Shown in pieces: positions 36,386 through 46,348 of a DNA stretch of 60,641 bases. Position 1 is the first letter of the stretch; each line of letters starts with the position of its first letter. The notes below the pieces were generated by a model that saw nothing but the letters and a program-made list of their open reading frames with translations, did no database searches and had not been told where the DNA came from. This DNA comes from Promethearchaeota archaeon. GTDB taxonomy: Archaea > Asgardarchaeota > Heimdallarchaeia > Hodarchaeales > Hodarchaeaceae. A program made the position numbers and the translations under genes. The stretch lies in NCBI GenBank assembly GCA_048939265.1, contig JBHLPQ010000002.1:1-60641 (forward strand), written 5' to 3'.

Positions 36386-38185
36386 ATGACTGACCTCATT
36401 AAAAAATATTTAAATCAAATTGAAGAAATATTAAAGGACAAATCGATTCCCCCTGAATATATTGAGGAGTTTATCGACAATTTGGCTGACCAACTGACTA
36501 CCATGGTGGAGGAAACCCAAGAAAAAGAACCAACATTGAGTCTAGAAGATGTTGAAGTAAGAGTCTTAACCCAATGTGAACCCGTTGAAAAAGTCATTGA
36601 ACGGGTAACACAAGAACTGAAAACTGAGGAATCATGGATCACCGCAGAACGGGTTAGTGATGTCAAATTTCTTCGCCCATTTGAAACTCTTATCCTCTCA
36701 ATCGTAAATAAGCTTGATCGGGGATTAATTTTCTGTGAAAAACATTTCCGTAGGTTTTCAAGCTGGTATGAAAAACATGAGAACCCTGTGTTTACTAGTA
36801 TTGCTTTTTTTCTTGCAATCGCAGCTTCAACTATTGTATTCGGCCTTATTTTGGCCCTTCTCCCTTCTCTTTGGCAGACAACGACTTTTCCTGACAATAG
36901 GACTTATTTTACTCTTAATGCACCAGCAGAACATGCTATGGATCAACCGAATATCACAGGTGCGAGTATAATGGAGGTCTCCCAAATTTTTAAAATCACC
37001 TTATTACTCTTGTTAATTTTCCTTGTCATCGGATTGATCGGTTGGAGATATTCCTATAGGTATGCCCTGATGAGTGGAGCCCTTCTTAGTCTTCTTATCG
37101 GTTTGTTATGGACATTCATGTCACAAGATACAAGATTGTGGCCAATTTCAAATCGAATCATTTACGAAGATAGGTGGACTTTTACTTCTGATTGGGTGAG
37201 AACAGTCCCCCCAACACTTAATGATTTCACTAGTTTTGTTTTAAATTCCATTATTTCGTATTGGTTCTATTTCATCACATTGATTCTCCTCTTAATCTCA
37301 GCTGGTTTTCTACTAAAGCAAATAATTAAGAGAAAAGAAAGAACTAGTCAGCCCTATCATCTAAATACACTATTGAAGATTGGATTATTACTAGGCTGTT
37401 TAATGATAGGATTCATAATCCCACAACCAAAACCTCTAAGGTTATTCCCCTCCAAGGTTATTCCTATTCCAACAACAGATGAACCACTTTTGTATAAGTT
37501 TGATATAGATTGGACAGCTGTGTACCAAAGCAGGGGATATTCTGAAGAATATTTAACTAGACTTAAGGAGTTTGGAGACCTAGGTTTTTATTTTTATGAA
37601 TATTTCAACTTCTCATTATCCGAAGTAAATTCAGAGAACCCCGACCTTAGAAGTGAAGGAGCTTTCACGCCAATTCTCACAAAGGATGAGGAGCCGTCTA
37701 TCTCTTCTCAACGACCATTTAAATTGCTAGGACTCCTACATCTTCCTAATCAATTCAATGGCCTGACCGTTCAAGAGATTATCACTATTCATCTGAATGA
37801 CTCTTACCCTTTCCGTGGATTCACCCCCTCAATTGATAACACAATCAAGAATATTGAATGGCACGTCAATGGAACAGAACATAACCTAACTGTAAATACG
37901 ATAAAGTATAGCTCAACAACAAATGGATCAGAATATCTCTTCTCCTTTGATCGAGCAACTGGGTGGTTAATGAAGGCAGAATTGACAAAAACCAATGATA
38001 CATGGGTAACTAGCTTAGAATTGGAAACGCTGACAATTACCAGAAGTTTTACTTATAATCGAATAGCGAATCCTGAAGATTACTATAATCTTGACAATCT
38101 TATACTGATGATGTCTCTCCTGGGAACTGGACTAGTGTTTCTCTTCTGTGAAGGATTCTACTTTGTGACCCAGAAAAAAAAATAA
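36386..38185 (+). CDS. PadR-associated membrane protein (DUF1700-like N-terminus)
   Basis: 599 aa; N-terminal helical KKYLNQIEEILKD...EEFIDNLADQL, then multiple TM helices and a large extracytoplasmic domain; 13 nt after the PadR gene. Confidence 0.7.
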   Translation: MTDLIKKYLNQIEEILKDKSIPPEYIEEFIDNLADQLTTMVEETQEKEPTLSLEDVEVRVLTQCEPVEKVIERVTQELKTEESWITAERVSDVKFLRPFETLILSIVNKLDRGLIFCEKHFRRFSSWYEKHENPVFTSIAFFLAIAASTIVFGLILALLPSLWQTTTFPDNRTYFTLNAPAEHAMDQPNITGASIMEVSQIFKITLLLLLIFLVIGLIGWRYSYRYALMSGALLSLLIGLLWTFMSQDTRLWPISNRIIYEDRWTFTSDWVRTVPPTLNDFTSFVLNSIISYWFYFITLILLLISAGFLLKQIIKRKERTSQPYHLNTLLKIGLLLGCLMIGFIIPQPKPLRLFPSKVIPIPTTDEPLLYKFDIDWTAVYQSRGYSEEYLTRLKEFGDLGFYFYEYFNFSLSEVNSENPDLRSEGAFTPILTKDEEPSISSQRPFKLLGLLHLPNQFNGLTVQEIITIHLNDSYPFRGFTPSIDNTIKNIEWHVNGTEHNLTVNTIKYSSTTNGSEYLFSFDRATGWLMKAELTKTNDTWVTSLELETLTITRSFTYNRIANPEDYYNLDNLILMMSLLGTGLVFLFCEGFYFVTQKKK

Positions 38186-38232
38186 TTATAAGAGGAGACC
38201 AAGAAATTATCAAAATTGTCAAACATAAACGA

Positions 38233-38290
38233 TTATTGAAAGCCATCTGACGAAAGATTTTTCGGGGAAAAATCTCAAGTTCTATAAACT
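38233..38290 (+). repeat. R element, central part
   Basis: TTATTGAAAGCCATCTGACGAAAGATTTTTCGGGGAAAAATCTCAAGTTCTATAAACT, between convergent genes. Confidence 0.65.
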
Positions 38291-38303
38291 CGTTTTTTTT
38301 CTT

Positions 38304-38861
38304 TTAGTAATCCTTAATGACAACTGTGCCAGCGATTATATCCCCAAGTCGTCGTCGGCTATTACTATCGAAAATCGCAAAAATATAGCAGCTAGCTGAA
38401 TCACAAGAACCACACAGACAATTACGAATCATAGACTGGCCGATAGTAGCAGGCCTCCCAGTCTGAAAGTCGACCACACGAAGATTCATTGATCCTTTAC
38501 CTAATGATTGCCCCTCTCGTATTCCATCCTTGATAAAGTCATACAAAAACCCAAACGGGACACAACAGACCATACAGGATACCAGACTTATACAGGCACT
38601 AATGCAGTTATCAATGAGGAGAGCAAAACATCGGTCCCCTAATGAGGCTTGCATTGTCGGGTGGAATGGTTTTGGGGTATATCTCTGAGGAATATGTCGA
38701 GGAGGAGGAGTTGGTGGGGGATACATCACAGGTTGCCTTGGGTATCTTTCTTCACGAATTGGTTTCTTACTTACTCCTGTGGGTAATTTGATTCCACATT
38801 GCAGGCAATAGACCGCATTAGGCTCCACTTTGCTACCACAATGTGGACAAAACTGAATCAT
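38304..38861 (-). CDS. Zinc-ribbon plus RDD-domain membrane protein
   Basis: 185 aa; CPHCGSKVEPNAVYCLQCG, a Pro-rich linker, RCFALLIDNCIS and C-terminal LGDIIAGTVVI typical of the RDD family. Confidence 0.75.
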   Translation of the reverse strand: MIQFCPHCGSKVEPNAVYCLQCGIKLPTGVSKKPIREERYPRQPVMYPPPTPPPRHIPQRYTPKPFHPTMQASLGDRCFALLIDNCISACISLVSCMVCCVPFGFLYDFIKDGIREGQSLGKGSMNLRVVDFQTGRPATIGQSMIRNCLCGSCDSASCYIFAIFDSNSRRRLGDIIAGTVVIKDY

Positions 38862-39111
38862 CTTTTATCTCTCCAGTAGAATCTTCCCTATTTCAGTGTA
38901 TTTTTTCTTCTAGCGGTATTAAACACAAGATAATCACATAATACAATTTTCCTTACCCTCACACATCATACTTACTGCTTAGAATGAGTGGGATTGTCTT
39001 ACCAAGGAAGTAAATCCAAATAAAAAGGTTTACCTGTACTATCTAATAATCCAAGAGAATAGGAACAGGTCGGAGTACATCACAAAAAAACCCAAAAATA
39101 GAAATAAAGCT

Positions 39112-39207
39112 TACAAACATCAGATCGTTTGTTCGCTACTTGAAGCACACGACTCCTTAAACAAACTGACGAAAGATTTTTTGGGAAAAGCTCACTTTCC
39201 ACACGGG
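39112..39207 (+). repeat. R element copy (short-3'-end variant)
   Basis: TACAAACATCAGATCGTTTGTTCGCTACTTGAAGCACACGACTCCTTAAACAAACTGACGAAAGATTTTTTGGGAAAAGCTCACTTTCCACACGGGTAG; abuts the stop of ORF 39213-39599. Confidence 0.85.
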
Positions 39208-39212
39208 TAGTA

Positions 39213-39599
39213 TTAACAAAATCGGAACCCACAACCCGGACAGCTTTTCTTAGTTGATTCACATTTCTTGAGGCAAGAAGGACACATCATAAGCTTGGAA
39301 ATAGCTTCAGCACAAGCAGCAGGCTGGCCTTTGGGATAAGGAAAACAGTAAATCTTGGGAGTAGGAGGTTTTTCGAGATCATCAATTCTTCCAGGTGTTC
39401 CAGGTACAAACTGATCACAGCGTATAGGACAAGGTTGGTTCCAACTCTGGAATTTCAAGCAATACCAACGTCGCTCATCATGTGACCTCAGTAATAAATC
39501 ACACTCCTTGAGACTATCGCAATTCGCCTCAGAACGATTTGTCCACCTGTAAGGACAACTGGAATAATGAGAGGGTTTCTCTTTAAATTCAATTAGCAT
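39213..39599 (-). CDS. Cys-rich small protein (tandem paralog of 39675-40034)
   Basis: 128 aa; shares the CLK......CP.RC..FV.G.PG pattern with the neighbouring ORF. Confidence 0.6.
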   Translation of the reverse strand: MLIEFKEKPSHYSSCPYRWTNRSEANCDSLKECDLLLRSHDERRWYCLKFQSWNQPCPIRCDQFVPGTPGRIDDLEKPPTPKIYCFPYPKGQPAACAEAISKLMMCPSCLKKCESTKKSCPGCGFRFC

Positions 39600-39674
39600 T
39601 CTCCATCACCAAATAGAGGATTAATTATAGCTTAATTCTTTCAATAAATTCTTGTGATATTCAATCTGAATTGT

Positions 39675-40034
39675 CTAATCCTCACTCTTATACCTAGCAT
39701 AAAAACACCTCGCACAGAGAGGTTGAGAACTCTTATACAAGTCACAATAAAATGTGGGTGCTTCCTCGGTGCTGAATTGGGGAAGATTTTGTCGTGTGCA
39801 ATACAGGCACTCAATATCAAGTTCTCTCTCTAGCGCGTCCTGATAGGAGCCTGGGGCACCTTCGACGAAAAATGGACAGCGGGCAGGACATTTGGTATTT
39901 ACTTCTTTTAACTTCAAACAGAAACCAATATTGGCAGCTCGAAGTAGATAAACACAATTCATGCGTTCTCCTTTCCTCATTTGTTCATTATTTACTACTA
40001 ATACTTTTAAATTGTTACACGGGGACACTGACAA
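39675..40034 (-). CDS. Cys-rich small protein (tandem paralog of 39213-39599)
   Basis: 119 aa; CLKLKEVNTKCPARCPFFVEGAPG plus further CxxC pairs. Confidence 0.6.
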   Translation of the reverse strand: MSVSPCNNLKVLVVNNEQMRKGERMNCVYLLRAANIGFCLKLKEVNTKCPARCPFFVEGAPGSYQDALERELDIECLYCTRQNLPQFSTEEAPTFYCDLYKSSQPLCARCFYARYKSED

Positions 40035-40474
40035 TCACCTTATTGTTATTAGATGATGTTTAGAGATATCAATTTCATGCATATTGGTGAAAATGATATC
40101 CATGATCTTATATTTCATTTATATACTCGAAAAAAGTGATATTGTCGAAAAGCTTGCTAATTACCTTTTATTACTGGTAAAATGCATTAATTAACTTTTG
40201 ACATTTAAGAATATAATAATTTTGTTAAAAACTCTCAAATTTCGGTTTTTTCGACTGAATTTCGTGATAGAAGATTACCATCTTAAGTTAAAACACTGGT
40301 ACCTCTGAAAAAGACTGTTAGCAAGGAATATTATAAACATCATAAGAAGACGATTTAAAATTAAAATTCTAAAGAGATTGAAAATAATTATTGCAACTCT
40401 AAAAATCACTGAAACAGGTATAAAATAACATAATCATAGAATGGATCATTCTTACCGACCATGGTGGTTTATGA

Positions 40475-42016
40475 TTGGTAAAAAGAATCGAAGTACTCAA
40501 AAAATTCATTGTGACATTTGTTGACCAGGTACCAAAATACCTTTCCCCTTATTCCTTATCAGAAAGGAAATATATAATTGAATTACTTGATTTACTTAGA
40601 CTCTGCGAATCTCAAGCGGATATTGCCAGAGAAGAACTCTCCACACGTTTGGAAACCTATTGTACTCAGCTTAAAAATGGAAAGGATTACTATTCCACCC
40701 CATTCTTGTGGCTTACAGAAATCTACTTCGATAATGCAAATCTGTTCCTTAGAGTCGCCGATTTCCATGCGTCCAATTTCTATGATTTCCTAGTTCAGGT
40801 CATTAGAGGATTTGCTGACTTACCAGGACTTTTTCAACTCATTCGCGAAGGAACGTCTTTACAAGACTTAAAATGGGAAAAATTACAATATCATGTTATT
40901 AACAGTTTTAAATTCCCGCTAACAGAGGAAGAACTAATAACAATAAAGGAGCTTTATTCATTTATTTATTCAGCTGGAATTGATGGATTTGATCAAAAAA
41001 GTATAGCTATTAATTTGAAAGCAAAGCAAGGGATGTCGGAAAGAAAATACAAAGATTTCATACAATTATTAAATCTATTAGATGCGTTATGGAGTTTTTT
41101 CCTATATTTACCAGCATTTGGTCTTAGATATTATTATGCACATTTCAATTTGAAAAAGCTATATTCATTAGAAGATATTTTTGATTTTTTCGATGCTACC
41201 AATACAACCCTTTGTCACAGTCGAATATATAGAATAGACAAATTTCCAAACAGTTTTATGGGATATTTAGTGGTCCCTATGAATAAATGGGACAAATTGA
41301 GAAATTACTTTCATAAATGTGAACGTCAAAACAAGTTAAAATTAATAGAGTTAACAGAGATACGAGACATTTATAGAAGTATTTCTCTTTCAAATTATCA
41401 TGCGGGAAAAGGTTGGCCAACTCTTTCTTCTAAAGAAATTAAGGATTTAGTTCAACAATTGACTGTGAAACATCCTCGGAAGTTAAAGAAAAAGCATCCT
41501 GCGTTGTTTCACGATAAACCTTATAACCATGATTGGGACTATAAAAAGGGCCGGGATCCAAAACAGATAATTTCCCTGGTATGCAAAATACAACGGAAAT
41601 TCTCTTATGAAACCTTACCAATTAATTCTGAAAATGATAAAATCGCTTTCTCCAAGTCTGAGATAGAAATTTTAGAGAATTTAATCCAAAATAAACTCTG
41701 CCAACCATTTTTTTCATTAGATCACATCCGTTATGAATATTCTATTGATGTTTATTCGATTAGAACGCCTCATATGCCTATAAAACAGATCTCACGCCTT
41801 TTAAGGGTTCTTCCATCTGCTCATCTAAACATAATGGAGAATTCAATCGTTATATGGACTCATCTATCATCACAAGATAGGAAATGGATAAAAGAAGAGC
41901 TAGGATGGGAACCATGGCATATTATACCATATAAACGTCAGCAGGCTCTTGATTATACTTGGTTTAACTCTAAAACACTCCAATGGAGCCCTCCCAAAGT
42001 TTTCGAGGATTTATGA
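40475..42016 (+). CDS. Family-A paralog 5 (diverged)
   Basis: 513 aa, TTG start (MVKRIEVLKKF); same block order (FHASNFYDFLV..IRG, PAFGL, DIFDF, GYLVVP, GW, HPRK, YEYSIDVY, LQWSPP). Confidence 0.85.
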   Translation: MVKRIEVLKKFIVTFVDQVPKYLSPYSLSERKYIIELLDLLRLCESQADIAREELSTRLETYCTQLKNGKDYYSTPFLWLTEIYFDNANLFLRVADFHASNFYDFLVQVIRGFADLPGLFQLIREGTSLQDLKWEKLQYHVINSFKFPLTEEELITIKELYSFIYSAGIDGFDQKSIAINLKAKQGMSERKYKDFIQLLNLLDALWSFFLYLPAFGLRYYYAHFNLKKLYSLEDIFDFFDATNTTLCHSRIYRIDKFPNSFMGYLVVPMNKWDKLRNYFHKCERQNKLKLIELTEIRDIYRSISLSNYHAGKGWPTLSSKEIKDLVQQLTVKHPRKLKKKHPALFHDKPYNHDWDYKKGRDPKQIISLVCKIQRKFSYETLPINSENDKIAFSKSEIEILENLIQNKLCQPFFSLDHIRYEYSIDVYSIRTPHMPIKQISRLLRVLPSAHLNIMENSIVIWTHLSSQDRKWIKEELGWEPWHIIPYKRQQALDYTWFNSKTLQWSPPKVFEDL

Positions 42017-42069
42017 ATACCTCTATTAAAAAAAAGGGGGAGAGAGTTGGTTTAAACATTAATAAACGC

Positions 42070-42102
42070 TCATTCCATTCCACTTGGATCTTTTGGGGGC
42101 AT
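42070..42102 (-). CDS. Candidate convergent micro-ORF (10 aa: MPPKDPSGME)
   Basis: ATG 42102. Minus-strand TTTTAAAA (42137-42130) lies 27 nt upstream, with GGTTGAGATTTAAG before the ATG. A-run 42029-42036 is a T-run on the minus strand. Confidence 0.35.
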   Translation of the reverse strand: MPPKDPSGME

Positions 42103-42328
42103 CTTAAATCTCAACCTTGAATTTATTGCTTTTAAAAACGCCCAAAAGTTCCTGGATGTCTTCTTCCTTGGAATCTTCGCTATTGTAAGCACCCACAGAT
42201 ACTCTTGAAAGCGTTTTCTGGTCTACAATAGCAAAATTCCTTTTAACATCCAAAAAATGCCTTAAAAACACCCTAATTTCTAATCATCAGAAAGGAAGGA
42301 GATATTGAATCCCACAATTAATACTAGT

Positions 42329-42442
42329 CTGAAGAAGAGGCACCAAAAGGAGTGAGACCAAAACATGAAAGAGAACACCATTCGGATCGACAACCGAAAA
42401 TCCGCCATATTAACAGCAGAGCTAACGTACTTGGGGTATAAC
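42329..42442 (+). other. Conserved non-coding block shared with 23375-23462
   Basis: CTGAAGAAGA..[40-nt insertion]..CACCATTCGGATCGACAACCGAAAATCCGCCATATTAACAGCAGAGCTAACGTACTTGGGGTATAAC. The overlapping 60-aa minus-strand ORF (42280-42462) is not conserved in the paralog 3 copy, which has a stop. Confidence 0.6.
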
Positions 42443-42497
42443 GTACCTGACGCTAGTTCCACTCAATTTCCAATCAAGTCGCCCTTGTGTGGAGTCC
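42425..42497 (+). repeat. R element copy (5' part shortened, 3' end degenerate)
   Basis: ACGTACTTGGGGTATAACGTACCTGACGCTAGTTCCACTCAATTTCCAATCAAGTCGCCCTTGTGTGGAGTCC is near-identical in its centre to the 49724 copy. Confidence 0.65.
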
Positions 42498-42606
42498 TTG
42501 AATGCTTGAACTGGAATTTTCCATCATTTAAATAACCATTAATTTTAAGTCAAGAATACTATATAGAAAACTATTAATAGAGCTATAGATAGATTTATAG
42601 ATAAAG

Positions 42607-42975
42607 GTGACTTCCTTGGAAATCTCAGAACTTCAGTCAAAATGGGAAATCGAATTCAAGAAAGGATTTGCAAAACCCCTGATTCTATTGATACTCGCTG
42701 AAAAGGAAAATTATCCTTATCAAATTACTAAAGAAATTTTTACAATCACACAGGGCCAGCTTTCGATTGCTACCTCCAATATTTATCCAATTCTCAAGAA
42801 TCTCAAGGAGGAGGGAATGATTTCTGAAAATAAAGACATCAAAACACGGAGAATAATGTATCAGATTACTAAGAAAGGATTAGCCCTTTCAAAGAGTATT
42901 ACTTTTTCTCTTAACAGTTTTATTACTGTTTTACGGGAGGTAATCAATCTCAAAGGAGTTGATATGAAATCATGA
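42607..42975 (+). CDS. PadR-family transcriptional regulator
   Basis: 122 aa; NYPYQITKEIFTITQGQLSIATSNIYPILKNLKEEGMI. Confidence 0.8.
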   Translation: MTSLEISELQSKWEIEFKKGFAKPLILLILAEKENYPYQITKEIFTITQGQLSIATSNIYPILKNLKEEGMISENKDIKTRRIMYQITKKGLALSKSITFSLNSFITVLREVINLKGVDMKS

Positions 42976-43715
42976 CAAAAAATAGCTTGATTGATCCAAT
43001 TTCTGAATATCTACACAAGATTGAACAATATTTTCCGTATTCTACCAATAAAAAAATAGAAGCTATTATGAATTTACGAACAGACATTGAAGAAGCACTG
43101 AAAGACTCAAAAAAAGAGGATCCAGAGGAGGTTTTTGGGCATCCGCAGGAAGTAGCGAAAAATTATAGCATGAATTACGAATGGGGAGTGGTAAGAGTCG
43201 GTTTTAGAAGCAGAACATTGGCTTATTGCATGGATTTAGGAGTCAGTTTTACATTCTTTAGTCTCTTTCTTTTAGGATGGATATTATCGACATATCTGGC
43301 CATAATTAGTTTTCATGAAGTTTCTGTAATTATATTTATTTTAGCTTGGATTACCCTTACTGGAGCATCCTGGCATCAAATGATTACTGAACGGTATTTC
43401 TCAACGACAATCGGAAAACAAATGCTGGGTTTAATTGTTTGTGACCAATCAGGGATTCGAATCACATGGAGTCAAGCAATACTACGGAACTTGTCTAAGG
43501 TCATCCCTGGACTAATTCTACCCGAATTAATCATTGGAAAGTATATCAAAACTGACAAACTTCAGCGACCTTTAGATAAAGTAGCTGAAACAATGGTGGT
43601 GAAGAACGACCAAAAAATCGTTTTCTGGAAATTGGGTTTAACTATCATACTACTGTGTCTAGCAAATATTTTTGCATACGCACTGGCATTTGTTATTTAC
43701 AGGTTGCTCCTCTAA
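42972..43715 (+). CDS. PadR-associated RDD-family membrane protein (DUF1700-like N-terminus)
   Basis: 247 aa; 4-nt overlap with the PadR gene; RSRTLAYCMDLGVSF and C-terminal PLDKVAETMVV are RDD-type motifs. Confidence 0.75.
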   Translation: MTKNSLIDPISEYLHKIEQYFPYSTNKKIEAIMNLRTDIEEALKDSKKEDPEEVFGHPQEVAKNYSMNYEWGVVRVGFRSRTLAYCMDLGVSFTFFSLFLLGWILSTYLAIISFHEVSVIIFILAWITLTGASWHQMITERYFSTTIGKQMLGLIVCDQSGIRITWSQAILRNLSKVIPGLILPELIIGKYIKTDKLQRPLDKVAETMVVKNDQKIVFWKLGLTIILLCLANIFAYALAFVIYRLLL

Positions 43716-43786
43716 ACTCAGAGCACTATTATTTTTACCACTACCAGGGGGACACATGGGTTTATAAAAAAAAGAATGTGATCATA

Positions 43787-44347
43787 TCACAATTCGATCT
43801 CAATATCAGCCATCCCTAGTTGGATAGACTCAAAAATCGCTTGACACAGGTCCTGGTTCTTCCTCCTTCTCTTACCAAGAAAGGATTTCACCCCTTCAAC
43901 ATCCGTGATCTCTTTCCGAGCCAGGGGCACTAACATGGAGGGTTGAAGGATCATAAACGGGGGCCGATCTACTCTCCGAGCTTCCTTCTCACGCCAGAGA
44001 AAAAGGTTCTTGAGAACCTTTCGCTTCTGATCTGAGAGTTGTCTTGCCCCTCGTAATTTGGTATAACCCATAGGGTCAAATTCCTTGGGGATACGCTCGA
44101 TCTTTTCCATCTGTTTGCATTTGTCTTGAAAAATAGCATTCACCCCCAATTCTACTTTTAATAAAGCCCTTAATTCAATTAGGTATCGGACATCATTAGC
44201 TGCATAGGTTAACCACTCTTTGGGGAGGGGTCTTTTTCCCCAGCCGGCTTTTTTGAATTTCTTTGTGATTTTGACCCCAAAATACCTCTCTAGAAGAGCA
44301 TCCAGCCCTAATCGTTTAACTCCGAGAAGTTGGGCTGCTAGTGAAAA
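43787..44347 (-). pseudogene. 5'-truncated RNase D-like gene (ExoIII motif plus HRDC only)
   Basis: Hand translation upstream of the track ORF (43787-44149) stays open to a stop at 44348-44350. It reads ...GWGKRPLPKEWLTYAANDVRYLIELRALL (DEDD ExoIII Y-A-A-x-D motif), then the HRDC-like LFLWREKEARRVDRPPFMILQPSMLVPLA. The N-terminal ExoI/ExoII region and a start codon are absent. Confidence 0.65.
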
Positions 44348-44512
44348 TCAATTAGGAGCTCTTTTTGATTATCTATTACAGGTTTTAGGTGTAATGAACT
44401 ATATCGAATACGTCACTAAGAAAGTTCCGAGAAAAGAATTCATAAGGTGGTGATTCTGAACAAAAGAACTGACAAAGAACCAAATAAAATGTCTTTGATC
44501 CTCTTCTAAAAA

Positions 44513-44564
44513 AATTGAAGCTGAAAAAATTAAACTGAAATATGACTTGGTGCATTAGTGGGAG
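44513..44564 (+). repeat. R element, compressed copy overlapping the stop of ORF 44555-46189
   Basis: AATTGAAGCTGAAAAAATTAAACTGAAATATGACTTGGTGCATTAGTGGGAG. Confidence 0.6.
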
Positions 44565-46189
44565 TTTTTTCTTCTTATTATACATATCAAAGTAGTTAGC
44601 ATAATAAAAATAGGGCATAAATCAAAGCCAGAAGTTAAATCAGGTATCATCATAGGGGATTCAGAAGTTTTAGAGGTCTTAGAGCTTGTGATTATCAGGG
44701 ATTCAGGAATAGGATCGGGTTTCGTGGCGTTAAGTCCATGGAGGTACTCATAGTGGTCAGACAAAGTATCACCATCAGTATCAGTATTACCAGGGTCGCT
44801 ACCGAAAACATACTCAAGAATATTAACCAACTGATCTCCATCACTGTCTTCGTACTTATCATGGAAACAAGTTGGATCTAGACCGTGGAGGTTTTCCCAG
44901 CTGTCAATCATTCCATCTCGGTCTTGGTCAACAACAAAGTCCGTAATATTCAATAATTCGATCAGATTCCAAAGTTTAACTTTGTGATCAGAAGATGAGG
45001 AGGCAAGGGTAGATCCATCTGGATGCAAAGCTAAATCAGATCCATAATTACTCTCATGGGCAATAATTTTACATATCTCGGAACCATCAAGCAGATTCCA
45101 CACACCAATAGTCTGATCAGATGACAAAGAAAATAGGAAAGGTTCCGATGGATGGAATAATAAACTATCTATTGTGCTAGAATGAGCTTCCAATATTGTT
45201 TGATGGATACAACCATCAGTCAGATTCCAAACCTGAATCACAGGTGCTTCTGATTTGAATCCATAACCAGCAGCAAGTAACTGGGAATCAGGACTACATT
45301 CCAAAGCTAAAACCTGGCTGCCTGGAACTGAGCTTGTCAAGTTAGCAACGACCCTTCCGTTGATCTCTCTCACCTGCATCACTCCGTCATAATTCCCAGC
45401 AATTATCTGTTTCCCATCAGGACGTATTACGACTGATGATGGATCATTAAGACCAGTCCAGGATAATTGTTTAACATCTCTTTGGACTGACCATTGAATA
45501 ACATTAAAAAGCTGATCAACCGTTATCAGTACCAGGTCCTCGTTATCCTCTATGAAAACCATATCCACCACACTCCCATACGGCCCCTGATGTGCCATGG
45601 TTCGAAATAGGGAATGGTCAGCTGTCTTATACACATGGACTATAGTTCCTGGACCGCTCCCAGCAGCTAGCAAATTCCCTTTGTCATCATACGCGGTAGT
45701 CACCACTGACCAGCGATTTTTCTGATCAGATTTCTTGTCGTGCAGAGTGAATGTTTTCATATTAAACAAGAGTAATTCACCACATCCGTCACCAGCAGCG
45801 AGAATCTGGCCATCTGGCGAAAAAGCGAGTCCTGTTGAGACACAGAGGTGATCAGTAAATTCGTGAATGAGGAACGATTCGGAATTGCTCATCGCAGAGT
45901 GTTTCACCCTAGAAGAAATGATACATTCAGATTTTAGATCGCGAGAAATACTAGGTTTAGTTCCAATCTCAACATCATGAAAGGGAAAATAAATTACCAC
46001 CGAAAAAATAATTAAACAAGAAACAACACTAACTTTGGACAGTTTTTCAGAGAAAAGTGACAAAGAACGACCCTCACTTCTGGATTGATTAACGAACCTC
46101 GAAGAAGATATTCTCCAATTCTTACCTCTAATAATTATTTCTTTATAATGGTTATTATCTTGATGACACTTCTGAGGTTTTATACTCAC
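44555..46189 (-). CDS. Anchored WD40 beta-propeller protein with Asp-rich Ca-binding-type repeats
   Basis: 544 aa; N-terminal anchor; WD-like repeats (IGVWNL, VKLWNL); DQDRDGMIDSWE / DSDGDQLVN / DTDGDTLSD repeats; C-terminal TM plus RRKNSH. The last codons are the reverse complement of the R 3' end. Confidence 0.85.
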   Translation of the reverse strand: MSIKPQKCHQDNNHYKEIIIRGKNWRISSSRFVNQSRSEGRSLSLFSEKLSKVSVVSCLIIFSVVIYFPFHDVEIGTKPSISRDLKSECIISSRVKHSAMSNSESFLIHEFTDHLCVSTGLAFSPDGQILAAGDGCGELLLFNMKTFTLHDKKSDQKNRWSVVTTAYDDKGNLLAAGSGPGTIVHVYKTADHSLFRTMAHQGPYGSVVDMVFIEDNEDLVLITVDQLFNVIQWSVQRDVKQLSWTGLNDPSSVVIRPDGKQIIAGNYDGVMQVREINGRVVANLTSSVPGSQVLALECSPDSQLLAAGYGFKSEAPVIQVWNLTDGCIHQTILEAHSSTIDSLLFHPSEPFLFSLSSDQTIGVWNLLDGSEICKIIAHESNYGSDLALHPDGSTLASSSSDHKVKLWNLIELLNITDFVVDQDRDGMIDSWENLHGLDPTCFHDKYEDSDGDQLVNILEYVFGSDPGNTDTDGDTLSDHYEYLHGLNATKPDPIPESLIITSSKTSKTSESPMMIPDLTSGFDLCPIFIMLTTLICIIRRKNSH

Positions 46190-46260
46190 AAACTTAGTAC
46201 TCCTAGAGGAAAAGGGGTATCGAAGATAAAAAAAAATATCAAAGAATGGAACCCTCCGAA

Positions 46261-46329
46261 TTCGTGTAATTGAAGTACACGACTCCTGAAGCCATCTGAC
46301 GAGAGAACCATCTCAATTTCACACGGTTA
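46261..46329 (+). repeat. R element copy (lacks 5' head; short-3'-end variant)
   Basis: TTCGTGTAATTGAAGTACACGACTCCTGAAGCCATCTGACGAGAGAACCATCTCAATTTCACACGGTTA. Confidence 0.8.
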
Positions 46330-46348
46330 GCCTTTGTCAGGGGTATGC

